DNA of 64,000 nucleotides from Phoronis australis (lineage: Eukaryota; Animalia; Phoronida), in NCBI GenBank assembly GCA_002633005.1, contig NMRA01000666.1:153508-217507 (forward strand), in the 5' to 3' direction. Made by a program: the position numbers and the translations under genes. Below are positions 27,412 through 40,900 of this stretch, piece after piece (within the stretch, counting starts at the first letter, position 1; each line of letters starts with the position of its first letter). Below the pieces are notes generated by a model. That model searched no databases and was not told the origin of the DNA. It was given only the letters and a program-made list of their open reading frames with translations.

Positions 27412-28992
27412 TTAGATATCCAAGTATTTGAATACCTTTACCTCACCATCAACCTGAAGTACTGACACCTGCCCAGGACCAGTAATGGCTATGCCTGTAG
27501 GCCACCAGATATCACCAGCTTTGGTGATCTCGTATGCACTTGCAGGCGTGAATAGAATTACTTGGTCACTGGAGTAGTTAGCCACGAGAATGTATCCGAA
27601 CTGGTCGACACACAGACTGTCTGGCCCATCCAGGTATTTACTAATTGTTCTTATGACGACGGACTGCGTGTGGTTAATTACGTGGACAAGATCGGGGTTC
27701 ACCGATGCTACCACCAAGTGTCCAGTTTTCTCGCTCACACCTACACAGCGGGGTGTGAACTTACTAAGTCCAAGCGAGCGGGCGTCTATTTGGTCTCGGA
27801 CCTTACAGTCATAGTCAGTGAACACTATTAGTCCATCGTCTTTGTCTGCCACTATGAGATTGTCGTTGTGGCTGGTGATATACCCCTCGTCTTTATACAA
27901 ACGAGGGTAGACCTTCATCAGATGACCCAAGGGGTCATACTTGACAACACCGTTTATGTCAAAATCTGTTATGAAGATCTCACCGTTTTTATTTGTTGTC
28001 ACATCGCGTGGGACCTGCAGTCGGTATTCGGTTTGGTCCAATGTGAATTGCAATTCGAAATTACTCTTGTCAAAAACTTTGACATTCATGTTACTCCTGT
28101 CTGAAACGATCAACTTTCCATCACCCTCTGCTAGTCCCCAGCACTTGCCCTTCTCCTCCCCCTGAAGTTGGCTGCTAAATCTCCGCTCGAGTTGAACACG
28201 TTCTTTAACAGTTGGTTGAGCGGTTACATGATAGACAGGTGAACTACTGGAAGATATAACAGCCATGGCAATATTTCGAGAAAAGTTAGATGAGATATGT
28301 ACATTTTCAATCACTGTAACAATATTTACGTTTAAACCAGGATTTCCAATATTCTCAGCTCTCAATTCGATGACTGTCTTTTTCAGTAGTGTCTCAATGC
28401 ATTCATTACTTAAATTCTGAAGACGTGATCTAATTTCCCTAAATCGCTGTAATTTATTAACGTCGGATATACAATCAAGAATACTATTCACATCTTCTAA
28501 AGCACGCCGGAACCTTTCTCTACGTCGTTCATCTTCATCGTAGGCAGCTTTTGTGTGTTTTCTCGCTGCTTCTATCTTCTCGTTTAATCGAGCAATCGCA
28601 GTGTCTTCACAATTCTTGATTTGTTGACCAGTGACCTCTGTTGTATCGGGTAATTCGCTGAAAAGTCGTTTTATTTCACTTTCCTTAGCTTTCTGCTGCT
28701 CTTCCAAACTTTCAGAAATCTGTTTTCGCGCCTTACACAAGATGTCGCAGTGTTCAGCAACGTCTCTCCACTGTTCCGCCAAATTACGAAGTTCTTCACA
28801 AACGTTTTCTGCGGCATCCTCAATACTTATCATGTTGTGTTGGTTATGACTTGTAGTTATGCAATTCACGCAAATGGGAATCTCACATTGATCACAGAAG
28901 ATTTCCACTGGTTTATCCTTATGAGCAAGACAATTCAATAGCCCTATGTTCTGCACCGTCTCTTGTGGCATTTGTCCGTCCGAGTTTATCTT
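27412..28992 (-). CDS. Kinase-TRIM exon 8: B-box2, coiled coil and six NHL repeats (RING-less TRIM-NHL module)
   Basis: Acceptor cattttgttttag|AAG ATA AAC TCG GAC GGA CAA ATG is in frame with the 519-aa ORF. B-box CLAH..FCDQCEIPICVNC..SHNQH, then an E/K/R/Q-rich helical region, then blades such as PRDVTTNKNGEIFITD, PDSLCVDQFGYILVAN and PTGIAITGPGQV. Confidence 0.92.
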   Translation of the reverse strand, partial: KINSDGQMPQETVQNIGLLNCLAHKDKPVEIFCDQCEIPICVNCITTSHNQHNMISIEDAAENVCEELRNLAEQWRDVAEHCDILCKARKQISESLEEQQKAKESEIKRLFSELPDTTEVTGQQIKNCEDTAIARLNEKIEAARKHTKAAYDEDERRRERFRRALEDVNSILDCISDVNKLQRFREIRSRLQNLSNECIETLLKKTVIELRAENIGNPGLNVNIVTVIENVHISSNFSRNIAMAVISSSSSPVYHVTAQPTVKERVQLERRFSSQLQGEEKGKCWGLAEGDGKLIVSDRSNMNVKVFDKSNFELQFTLDQTEYRLQVPRDVTTNKNGEIFITDFDINGVVKYDPLGHLMKVYPRLYKDEGYITSHNDNLIVADKDDGLIVFTDYDCKVRDQIDARSLGLSKFTPRCVGVSEKTGHLVVASVNPDLVHVINHTQSVVIRTISKYLDGPDSLCVDQFGYILVANYSSDQVILFTPASAYEITKAGDIWWPTGIAITGPGQVSVLQVDGEVKVFKYLDI

Positions 28993-31900
28993 CTAAAACA
29001 AAATGTAACAAAAAATTTTGCCGATTAAAGCGGCCAGAAACCATTATTCCACAAGAATAAATTTCACCGGCAAAAAATGGTCTGAGGTTGTTCTTAACAC
29101 AGTTGAGAAGTGACCTCAGGGCTTCAAAACTGACAGTTCATAATTTCTTGTGACCATGTTAGTTATCGCGTCAAAGGATTTGTCGCCACGAGCCAAATTG
29201 TTGAGCCTAGGCGCAAGCACAAACTAACTGACAGTATTCGGATGTTTAGTGATGACGTGTCATGGTAGTAGATGACGCAATATGGACCCGGAATTAAAAA
29301 TAGACATGCCGTCACAGGGTCCAAAACGTCATAATGACGTAAAAATGACGTCACATTGTCAGTTTCAAGCCCAAAATTCACATTTAATATGATTAAAGAA
29401 AAATGTGGGACCACCCACGTAACACTGAGTGCACTAAATCAACTGCTAGTTGTTGTGACGGTAGGTCGGATTATAGCTAACCGTTCAACTTGATATTGTA
29501 TCACAGGCAGATTTAAACAAAAAGACCCACGGACACGACAAATCATGGCGGCATGTCGTTTTGGGAGATACGGGGACACTTTCCCTTAAATAATTGCCCA
29601 AAAGTTTAATAAGCGGCTGCGTAAAATGTTGATCTTTGCAGCCGACGTTAGTTGCAAACTGCAACTGCCGCCTATGTTGCCGGCCTCACAAATTCCGACA
29701 TTTGGTCTGTCTACAAATCCGTGCACCGCGTGAGTGTTCCCGTAAAATGCTTAATTTCCTCCTCTAAGTCCTTCACATGGCATTTTATAGGCCATGGACC
29801 GTACGCCACAAAAGGCTTATAAAACCAGTTTTGTGATTACTTTGGGGGGGGGGCAATTTAGTTTTGATTTTTTTATATCACAAAACATTGTATTTCATCG
29901 AAGTAACAAAATCCCATGTTTGAACTTGCTCATTTGCATGAAGTTTAGCTAATTCTGCAGATGGGACACGGAATGTATATCAAGATGTGACACTGCAAAT
30001 AATGTTTCCAAAGGTTGAATCAATTCATAACAACTAGCATTTTATATTTTTGACATTAAATGCAAATTAAAGGCAAATTTCTAGTTTTTATGTGCATTAC
30101 CTGTTCAATTTGGTAAAATTTTGACCTACCATTGCAAACATTTTTATTTTATTATTGAAGTTGTAAAAAGTGCAATACCAAACTGATAAAGTCGCCAAGT
30201 AACTTGATAATGCATTAGAAAATTTTACATTCATGTTATTAGAAACCACTTGATTCCAAATATCCATTAAACCTACACAAAATTACAAAAAGGGTAGGAA
30301 AAATGAAAAAAATGTCATGGATAAAAACAAAAGATTGTAAAAAAGCGAGAAATATGGCGGAAAAAGCGGAGCACGGGCTGAAGAAAGTGGTGGTAATCAG
30401 AAATAGGTTGATAATGAGAAACAAGAGTAAGAAAAGACAAAAGGGGTGAGAAAAAACAAAAAGCAGGGAGGATAATAAAAATTCAGGGAAAGGCAGAAAA
30501 GCTAGAGAACAGAACAAAATGGCGGGGAAACGGAACAAAATGGCGGAAAAACAACAAAAAGGCAGGAAAAAGGAATGAAGACAAGATCGGAAAAAGACAA
30601 AAAAGAGCGAACATTAGAAGAAAGGTGTAAAAATTTACAAAAAGGCGGGAAAACACAAAATGATGGAAAATAGTTAAAAGGGCCTGAAAATGACAAAAAA
30701 ATAAAAACTAAACAAAATAGAGGAAAAGGACAAAATTGAAATCAAGTGACATAAACGACTAAAAGGTGGGGGAAAAGATAGACCGGAAAAATGGCAGCAA
30801 ATGAAATATTGGCGGAAAAATGAAAACTGGGCAAAAGTAAAAAGCACAGAATGCCAGATGAATATGATGAGAAATTACAAAAGGCGGGAAAATGACAAAA
30901 CGCTCTGGTAAACCGATCAAAATGTTCGGAAAACAGCATATAGACGGAAATGGAGCAGAAGGGGTGAACCAAAAATGTCGGTAAAATGACAAATAAACTT
31001 GAAAATAACAAAAATATAGATATTGATGTAAGTAAATGATTGTTCAATGTTATTGGAGGAAAAGTAATAGAAACCGTTGTAGGGTTATTGTAGTTTTATT
31101 ACAGGAACCTTTAAAATATATTGAAAATATGACTATTTGACAAAATTTTGAGAAATTTTGAGCCTTCCATAACACTTGTAATGAAAGATATAATGTTCAC
31201 GGCATCTGCCGTATCTAAATATGGAAAGGTGTCCTTTAAAACTCTTATAAATACGACTGCGTCAAAAAGTTTTTGAGGTAGAGAAAGTGCCTTTATGAAA
31301 CTGGTCTTAGCTTCTTTACTCAGATCGGAACCGACAGTTCGCTATCGCCTGAGACGTGGTTGAAATTTGTGGGCAACAGCGAGACAGGGCGGAAAACGGT
31401 AAGTAAATGTTTGAAGCTCCATGCAAGAGATGCAGTTGTTTCAGAGAAAAAACAAAACACTTGTATGATTTTGATATTTTTTAATAATCTCAGAACGTTT
31501 TGAAAATAAGTATTTGACGAAATTTGCTGAAAACGTACTAAAAGCCTATATATTCACTTATTTCAGTGGTAAAATGATGTTCCCAGTTATTGTTTTGTAT
31601 TTGGAAAAGTTAAAATTGTTATGAAGATGTAAAACAATGAGAATTTCAAATGGCAATTCTTTTTTGTAACTCCTGGGAAGAACTTAAAAGTGGCTTTTGG
31701 ACTTGTTGAACGATTATTTAAATCTTAATATTGCAGGTAGTAATTTTCTTTATTTTACCTGCGCAGTTATTACACATGCAAAGCACAACAGAGCAGACAA
31801 AATTGTTGGCATTTGAAAAGTCCATATAGTTAGCAAAATCTTGCTGCGGTGACGTTTTGAACCCGTCTTGTGACAAGACTAAAAATGGCGTCTTTTTGAA

Positions 31901-34900
31901 AATATTTCAAACTATTTACATGCACAGTGCGTTTTAAAAAGTGTAAAATAGTTAAAAGACGTCACGAATAAAAAATAATGTAAATCATTAACATTTGGCA
32001 AGGCTTTCAAGAGGCAAACAAGTTTTATATCCAATTAAGTCCGGAGTTGGTCTGTAATATCAACAATTATTTTCTCGTCCAGCTTCTTCTCAAACTGATG
32101 CTCTGGAAACCTCGTCAATCCTCAAAAATTTGGAGAAAATTCGATAACTCCTTCCAAGGTCCGCAAAACTACAAGCGTGGTCGACTCTTGAGGCAAGTTG
32201 CACGACAACTGGGGAAAAAGCTCCGACTAAGGACGATGGTATCTATTATGTAACACTATTAGTATGTGTTTTAGTTGGACTCTGCTTTTATCACTCAAGT
32301 GAGATGCCAATGGTGCATTATGTCGGAACAAAACGAGGATTCACTATAATCAGCAAGACAGGGGTAAGTTAGTATCCTTTTAACCTAAATAAATTTCATA
32401 AAACGCCAAACATTTACCTGAAGAATGCAATCCATTTCTGTGTTGTCTTCGAGGGAAGCATGCATGTACTTTTCGATATACTCGTCGTGAAGTAGGTGTT
32501 CCATTCCTAAAACAGTACATAGTGCGTTCCCAGAAAATGATCGCCATGTTGAACTCTAGTGTTATTTATGTACACACATTGTTTGTGCTCGTGCGCGTGT
32601 GCGTGCGCACGGGTAAATGTTCGTGTGCAAGTGCGTGTGTGAGTGTGCGTGTTTCATTTAACAATTCAGAACCACAAAGCTTGGAAGAATTAGCAAAGTC
32701 ACATTGACGGAAACATGGTTCAATAAAACAAATAAGACGATGTATTCGTGGTAATAGAAGGGTCTTAATTTTTGTTTAACTCCAGCTCATTAATAAGAGA
32801 ATCGCCAGACTTACTTTCAAAACTATTCCTGTTAGTAGGTCGATATTCGAGGCAGTTTGACACCAATTGTATGAATATAGGAGGCTCACAACCCTTTAGC
32901 TCTCTCAAGCAATGCACTTTTATGTTCATTCCGTTCGTCTTAATTTGATTTTCAACCACTATACCCTGCAGACCTAATACAGCAAAAGTATGTAGTTACA
33001 TTACGACTGAGCTCGATTCATTTCGACAGTTCCGCCGGGTCAACTGGCTAAGACACAGGATTGGTCTGTTAGCCAGAAGTCGTCATCGTGAACCAATCAG
33101 GTGTGCGGTGAGTAGACGCTAGGACCTAGCTAAAACCTAGCCAAAGTCACGTGCTCTCATTTAAAATGCACGACAATATCTCACGTAATCTCGCGAAGTC
33201 TTGCTTTTTAGCGAGGTCCTAGCGTTACTGAACGGGAGGCAGATGTCTTAGCCAGTTCATCCGGCGGAACCGGCGAAGCCAATCAAGTGAAGCCACTGAT
33301 TGTTATACAGTTTCGGTACGACGTCATTGTGAACATATTTATAAAACAGTGGCCAATTGCATGAAACAGTCCCAGTCGGGACTCAACTATAACCCCTAAA
33401 TTTTCAGCGGATTTGTAGACTTTGTTTATTCACTACCGTTATAGTTTTTATCGTAATCTATTTTGCCCGGGGTACTCAGTTATCTTTATTGTGACCTTCT
33501 CTTTAACTTCTCACACTTTCTAATTATACAGCTGAAAAGCTGTCCTTTATTTTATGGAAAATAAATCAATACTAATTCCTTAAATTATGAAACACTTTTA
33601 ATAAGAATTCAACATTTAGTTCCTTTTCGGTATTTATCAAAACTAAAGTTTAATGCAGCAACAAAAATAAAATAGTCGAAGATGAGGCTTTCAATGTTTG
33701 CACTAAGTCTACATATGCTTTGAAAATTAAACGAACATAGACAAATCCTTAATGGGAGTGTTTCATACAACCGCCCTGTTTCAACAACATGTGGTAACTT
33801 TGCTACGTTTTTTTTCTACAGAGTTATAACGGAGATTTACACTAAAACTCACAACTGGTTTTTAGTCTTCCTTCAACTGGTTCGACTTAATCACTCGACT
33901 GTACGTTCAAAAGTCTGTGCTCAAATGTATTGTCAGCTCCATGCTCCAGACAGCGCTGCGAAGCCTTGCCTGTGATGAACTTCCAGCGACTGTTACACTC
34001 TATAGCTGCCCCCCTATTGACTAATGCTGGGCCGCTGATACTCTTTATTGCAACTTTAAATGTAAAGTGACTTTCATCTCCAATTTAAACTACGTCGCTA
34101 ACCCGTGCCTAGGTATTTATAGCCTCCTGCAATGTTCTGGAACCTTTCCCAATCATTCTATGAACATATAATAGTCTCTAAAATGTCCCACATTATATTA
34201 ATCACCAACACACTACAATCTTATAGAATGTTCCTTACTATTCTATTGTTAACAAATTACATAGTCACTGGCCTGGCCTCAATGGTCATGTCAGTCAAGT
34301 GTTATCTGTTGGTAAACAAACAGAACAGTAAAATAAAATTATTATTATTAATAAACTGATACAAATGTCAGTCCACTTCTCACATACTTGTGTTTGCGTA
34401 GCTTAGTGTTGCGTGGGTGTGTGCGCGCGTCCACGCGCATGTGTGTGTTTGAATGTATATATTATTGTCCCACTTTTGGCCGTCTGTCTCACTTTTTGAA
34501 TTTTTTCCCACCATTCCAAAACACCGTCAAAATGTCTCGCTTTTTGACATACGGCATTATTGACCTATTATCAAATTGTATTTTCCCGCGCTACACAGCC
34601 CTATCTTTCCTTTCGACTAAAAAGACAAAACGAGACGTATCATGAGTTTCTTGTCATCTGCAGTTTTCCATTCGAATAAAAAACAACAAAATAATGTCGT
34701 CGGCACTTTTGGATGTCATGTCTATCGTGTGACAAAATACTGTTGGTACGTCTTTGTGTGTTTCTATTTTAGCATAGACCCACATGGGCCGCTTTTGATC
34801 CAGAAGTCCCGCTTTTCATTCCGCTTGTTTCATTTAATCATTCTCGTTTGTTGACCGTGGCAACTATGCAACAGGTGTTCAAATTAACATTGGGTCTTTG

Positions 34901-37900
34901 TTAAAAATATTATTTCCCAGAGTCCACTTTCTTTAGTAACATAACTATCGTGCCTTTACGGTAATACACTTTATCCCATACGCGTTGAATCAGTCGAGTG
35001 CATACGGCCATGTTATATTATTGTTTTCCGTATTGACCTCCCGCACTTCTTCAACAGTGCTCTCTGACATGGAAAGTTCAAAAGGTAGGCCAATGTCGAC
35101 TCGACGTCGTTAGCTGGTTCCATCCTCAAACTTTCCAAAAAATAGTTTAAAGTAATACCGTTGCAGAATTAGAAATAACACTCAACATGCAATCAGGTCC
35201 CAAATGTAACTCCTGGAACAAAACTTAATTATTTGACACTTCTGTCTCAGATTGCGATTGCTAAATATTTTACCGTCTGCAACTCCTGAAGGCGCCGATT
35301 CCTCGGTAACTACAATATCAAATGTTGTTATTTAACTATTTTCAGGAAATAGTACAAGTTCAATGCACAATTACCGTTGTTTTCATCTTTTCTTCTCTTT
35401 TCAAGTAATAAATCGTTACATTTAAAACTTTCTTTTACTAGACACTTGTAACCTAACTCACAAGTACATACATATAGGATGTGATCCGCCAAGTGAACAG
35501 TCTGGGTGAAGTATTTGAAAAAGATTGCCGAAAAAGTGAAAGAAACTGAGGAATTCGAAACACATGGAATAAATACAAAACGATTGGCGTAGATATACAG
35601 ATTATTACATGCCAAAGTCGTTATTCCCCGTTATCTAGAGCCCGAGTGGATTTTGGAGAATTATCGCCCGAGGGACTAACGCTAATTCTCCAAAATCCCC
35701 TCGGGCTATAGATAACGGGGGATAACGACTTCGCCATGTAATAATCTATTTATATCCCACGAGACATTATTCCGCGTCTCGGTCTCGGTCGATACGCGGA
35801 ATACTGTCGAGTGGGATATTATTTCGTGTACGCCACTTTCGGTACGTTTTGTGTATGTACGTTACCTGTCCTAAAATGCAACCAATGTAATGTTCACCGT
35901 ATAATTCAAATTTACACAGTATATGTAGATGTTTTCTCATTTCTTATCTATCAAAAAACTTATTTTGGATACGTAGTAACTAGTTGATCACCTTTTTATA
36001 ATTTGCAGTGCATCTTCTATTAAACGGCACCTAAGGTTTAGCAATAAATAAAAATGTATAATTTTGGATGAATGCCTCACTAACTTTTTCTAAGACAGTG
36101 TGAGGGATTCATATTCTAACGTTATTTTTTTATAGGGTTCAACATGTCATTTATATTGCCTCTATGGTTCATTTCCCTTCATCTCACTATTACACCTTGA
36201 ATTAATTGACGTTACACTTAATTAGTTGACTAATTAGGTAATTAATCCACCAAATAGTATATAAAGCAGTCCCGTAACCAGGATTACTCAAGGGGTGGTT
36301 CGAATTTCTAAAACAATGGACCTTTTGATGATATTTGTCAAAAAATTGACATCGATTCTGTACCTTTATCGGGAGCGCCCCTAAGGAGCTAAACAGTGGG
36401 CGACGTAATAAGTTTTCAATACATAATTGTCAAGAAAATCAAAAAAGTTCAGTTAACTCAATATAGATGTTAAAAATTTTTCAGTACAACATTGCTCATT
36501 CAAACGACGAGATACACACCAGGTCGATAGGCTTCCAAATTTTATCTTCCTGGGATTTTTATTCTCTAAACGTTGTCAGTAGCTAACTCTGTTGTTGTGG
36601 ACATGTATCAGCACCAATACGGCAATTTGTCAGAGACTCTTCTCATACCTGCTCGTAGGAACGTTTAAGCATCGCGCCTTGCCAACGACTACGGGACACG
36701 TCAGTGAGGGTTTTTGGGATATTTGTTTTTATGTACTTCATTTAGGAGTTGTTCTCTCTTTGGGCAGCCTTTCCCTAGAGGTAAAGGCTAGGACTGGACC
36801 TTTTTCGCGGATGATTTCCATCAAACCCCACGAACCTCCCCACCCCTCCTGGATACGGGTCTATGAAAGGTACCATTATTACACTATGTTAGTTTTCGCA
36901 TTGTGGTAACACTCTCGGTTTTTAGAATTAGAAAATATGTTTTAAACTTGTCAGGTATGAAAATTATTTGTGCATTAAATTATTTACCTTTTGTTTCTGG
37001 TGTAATATCACGATCTGATGAAAGGTATTTTAATGATATGACTCTTGTGCAATTCGGTTGAAAAACAGTGGAAGTGACATTTTTTCATTGACCTAATGTC
37101 AAAATACATATTTTCTGTTATTTGTCCTAGGTACTTGATTTTGGTTTTAGAGTTCATGTGGTGCTTGATCGTGTGTATTTATTTTAAGGAAGTTGAAAAC
37201 TTTCCAAATTATTGACTTAATATTTCTAGATGACTTTACGTGACGTCTAACAGCTAGGTAGAGGGTAGCCGGCTTCCCGAATTGCCAGAAGATGATCCTC
37301 CGTTCGACAATGTTTGGGGCCTTTAGCATGCGCGCACCCAGCCTAACTTATAGGGGTGCTCGAATTTTTGGTAATGTGAACATTTTACTAACAAAAAATA
37401 CGGGGAACCACGATCAGAGCTATGAATTGTGCCGTCGCGCCTTTGAGTGGACTTTTGTCTCGTTTTCTCGGACTTTTTGTTTTTCTGAGGCGGACCTTTC
37501 TGTCTACCTCGCCAAATGAGCCCCCTGTGTGCGGTCATGATTACACCGCAAAATTTTCCAAAAAGATAAATGAAACTTTTTCGGATGAAAATTTCGGTGA
37601 TAACAATTCTGAACTTACTTCATTTGTACTGAACAAACACTCCATTTTAAGCCCCATACTGCATAGCAAGAAACAATACCGGAACAAACGAATGCAAGCA
37701 ACTACCACGCATGCGCAGCCGCGCGAGATCGAAGTTGGCATTCTAGTTCTACATTTGCATGCCCTCAGTGAGAGCTCTGCCAGCGGCGCTGTGTAAACTA
37801 TTGAATCTGTCCAGCACCATGGTCCATCGTCTGGTACTAGCTGGCTCCTTGACCACCAGTGCAATGCACGAGTAACACCTGATATATGTAATTACCTTTA

Positions 37901-40900
37901 AATGGTAATTCGTTCTTCATAAGCTCGTACAGCGTAACTCCAAAGCTGCAAAATAAAAAAAAAGAATTTCTTAGATGTCCGGTTACACATTCAACAAATT
38001 GTTGTTATCTGTTAGAAAAAACGGCTGTTGATAATCCTTGGTAGATCTAGGATATCGCTAACGGGGCCAACGACTATTGGAAATTTTCTACATAGCCACA
38101 AAATCGGCATACCTCATGTCCGCAGGAGAGGGGTAGACTGACTCTCTGCCCCCATTGAATTGACTGCGGCAATAAATGTGATTGAACTATTCAAAATATG
38201 TTTTGAATTTCATTTATTCGGCTGGATTATTGTTTTAGGCAATTGGTAGTTCCGTGTGTACTAAGCCAAACGTGCCAAAATGGCTAAAATCGTGTTAAAA
38301 TTGATCTAAAATACCCTGAGCCCCCAGGCATAATACAGCCGTCCCAGCTTACAAAGCGATAAGAACTCTCCTTTATTCCTGAGGTAAGAAAGCGTGTGCC
38401 TCGTTTTGGAATGGCGGGCACATTTTCATTGGTTATGTCAGAAATCGTTAAGGTGGAAATATTATTCCCGATTTCAATCGTTCATAAGCGCCGGAATTGA
38501 AAGGGTATCGTTCTTTTGAAAAGTGACCTGACGAACTTATTTTATCCACTAGCTTCGCACTTTCTTGTCTTCGATTGATGCCGGGAAGGCAAAGAACTTA
38601 ACATCACGCATTCACGCCCATGTGTGGATATTTGTCAAGTTTATCCAACTTTCTCTAGTCGGAGTTTCAGCACACAACAGAACAATAATATTTTGTAGCC
38701 ATTGGATGGACGAATAGAGTAATATAGCAGAGAAAAACTTGTAAAAATGTTACAAGGAACTTTTGCAACTCCAATGGCGCTAAGACCGCGATGCCACAAA
38801 TTAAAGTACTTCGAGAATATTGCGGCATTGAGGGTAAATGCGAGACTCGAGTGTCACCCACAAAAGACAGGGTGTTGTACTAATTTGTTAAAGATATAAT
38901 ATGCAATTTATACCTTTGTATATGGAACGGCTTTGTGACAACTCAGTTGTACACTTCTGTGAATCTGTTTTGGCGGATACAAATAAAAAGTGTCTGGTTC
39001 ACGCTCCGGTAACATTTGATCGATATGATAATACGTTTTGGAACAGCAGGAGGTGACTTGGCATCTAATATGACAGTGAAAGATAATTGTGTCACATTTA
39101 CGCCCAACCTGCTATAGGTTGTGATTGGTTCCTTCAACTGATTGATTCTTTAAAAGATCTGGCACGTGCCTCAGAACTCGCCAACTGAGTCACCGTTCGC
39201 GTAAAACATCCAGCTAAATTGTCACAAGTTGGCCCTGAGGGTCTTCCGTATAAACTTTGTGCCAAACCTTGTATACAATGAATACCTCCACACATCTGTT
39301 TCGGGAGTGTTCCGAGGAAAATTTCGGTCAACAATGTTCGTATTTAGCAACTCAGGTGCCATGTAAGCCAAAGTCCCGGCAGGACGTGCTGAGCCTGTTT
39401 TGTCTGTCGTGAAGCCTTGAAGACGAGACACCCCAAAATCTCCCACCTAACAATGAAGAGGTCTCAAATCACTTCCCATCAAACTTGGGAAAGTGATTAA
39501 GGCAATGTAGGGCCTTAGCAAAAAAGGGCAATAGTCTGATATGACGTGCCCGTATTTTGAGAACCAGTTTGATGCCCGTTATTCAGTGGAGAAAACTGGT
39601 TCTCAAAATTCGGGAACGTTATATCAAAATTTAGGCACGTTATATCAGACCATTACCCAAAAAAGACCAAATTTTGGAGCCACATATCCCACAAGTGGTT
39701 GATCGGATTCATATGAAGCTTTTAGGTACTATAACTTTATGCAATGTTCTCTAAAACGCTTCAGTAATTACTTTTAAAATGATCCATTTTTGTAACAGTG
39801 TCTACTTTAAAAATACCAGTTTTATGATTTTTACGAAAAGCTCAAAAATGCGTGAAACGCAAGAGCGTTTTTGAGATTCCACATTGAAATTGATATCATG
39901 TCGTTGTTTTGATGCGAATTTGCGTTTCTTTTTGACAAATTTTATTTACAAAGACACCGCCACGTGACACAAAATGAGAATGGTGTCAAGTCAAATATCA
40001 AAGTTAACGGGCTTTTATGTTCAGAAAAAATGTCCTTTTACGGAGATAAACTGCGAGTTAAACTAGTTATCTAGCTAAAGGTATTTGACTGAATTCAGCC
40101 ACAGATTTGTCAATATAGTCATACACAACCCCAGCTCTGTTCCATTAACGCATCTTTTGATTTATTGTTCACCAAAAAGCCATTCAAATGTAAGGCTAGG
40201 CAAAAATTAGATACAACATAGAAGTATCAGAGCAGATTCCGTAGCCAAGGCATCACACTTCATACACTCTATACTTTATGAGCGTTTTCACGCAGTCAAA
40301 TGATATTTTGCCATCGGAATTACGTCACTTCGATCTGAAATGACCTTGTGCTTTAGCTTGATAACTTAATTTCCACATTCTAAAGAGTAGTGGTACGCTT
40401 AAAACCACTACTAGTTAATATATTCTAGAAGAACATCACACAGTGACTTGTACAAATTACGTGTCTCACGTTTGTTTTGGGCCGTCAACTCGTACGTTGT
40501 CAGAGTCAGCCATTTTTACCATAGTTTTGTTTATACTTATTTCATTTTCCTGATTCGAAAAAATGTTATGTTGGCTTCTCACCATGTTCAAGCCATAGAG
40601 TCCTTCTAGTCTCATTGCGCGAGGTTTTCAAATCGAAATTGCCAGGGCAAAAGTTTCATAAAAAAATCATCGGTTTAGCACGTGTGTGCATGTAAATTAT
40701 TAAAACCTTCAGCGCATTGATGATATTTTGTCATGGATCTGACACTTGGTCAGATATTCAATGTCCAAAAGACACAGATCGCACAGCAACTTAGCGACCG
40801 CTTCTTGACACATTCCAACCCTGAAAAGCTTATTAGAATATCAGTTGGATTGTGTTACCGAGTTCAACTATGAGTTGTGCGCCCACACCAGGCACACTCT

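Noticed and set aside
30239-31047. Phe/Leu-rich 'membrane protein' ORFs on the minus strand
   Set aside because: They are a by-product of the T-rich low-complexity tract.
37836-37895. Read-through of kinase exon 5 (KGNYIYQVLLVHCTGGQGAS*) as the true end of the kinase
   Set aside because: It would lack subdomain XI. A phase-matched exon with C...P..R.SF exists at 32973-32815.
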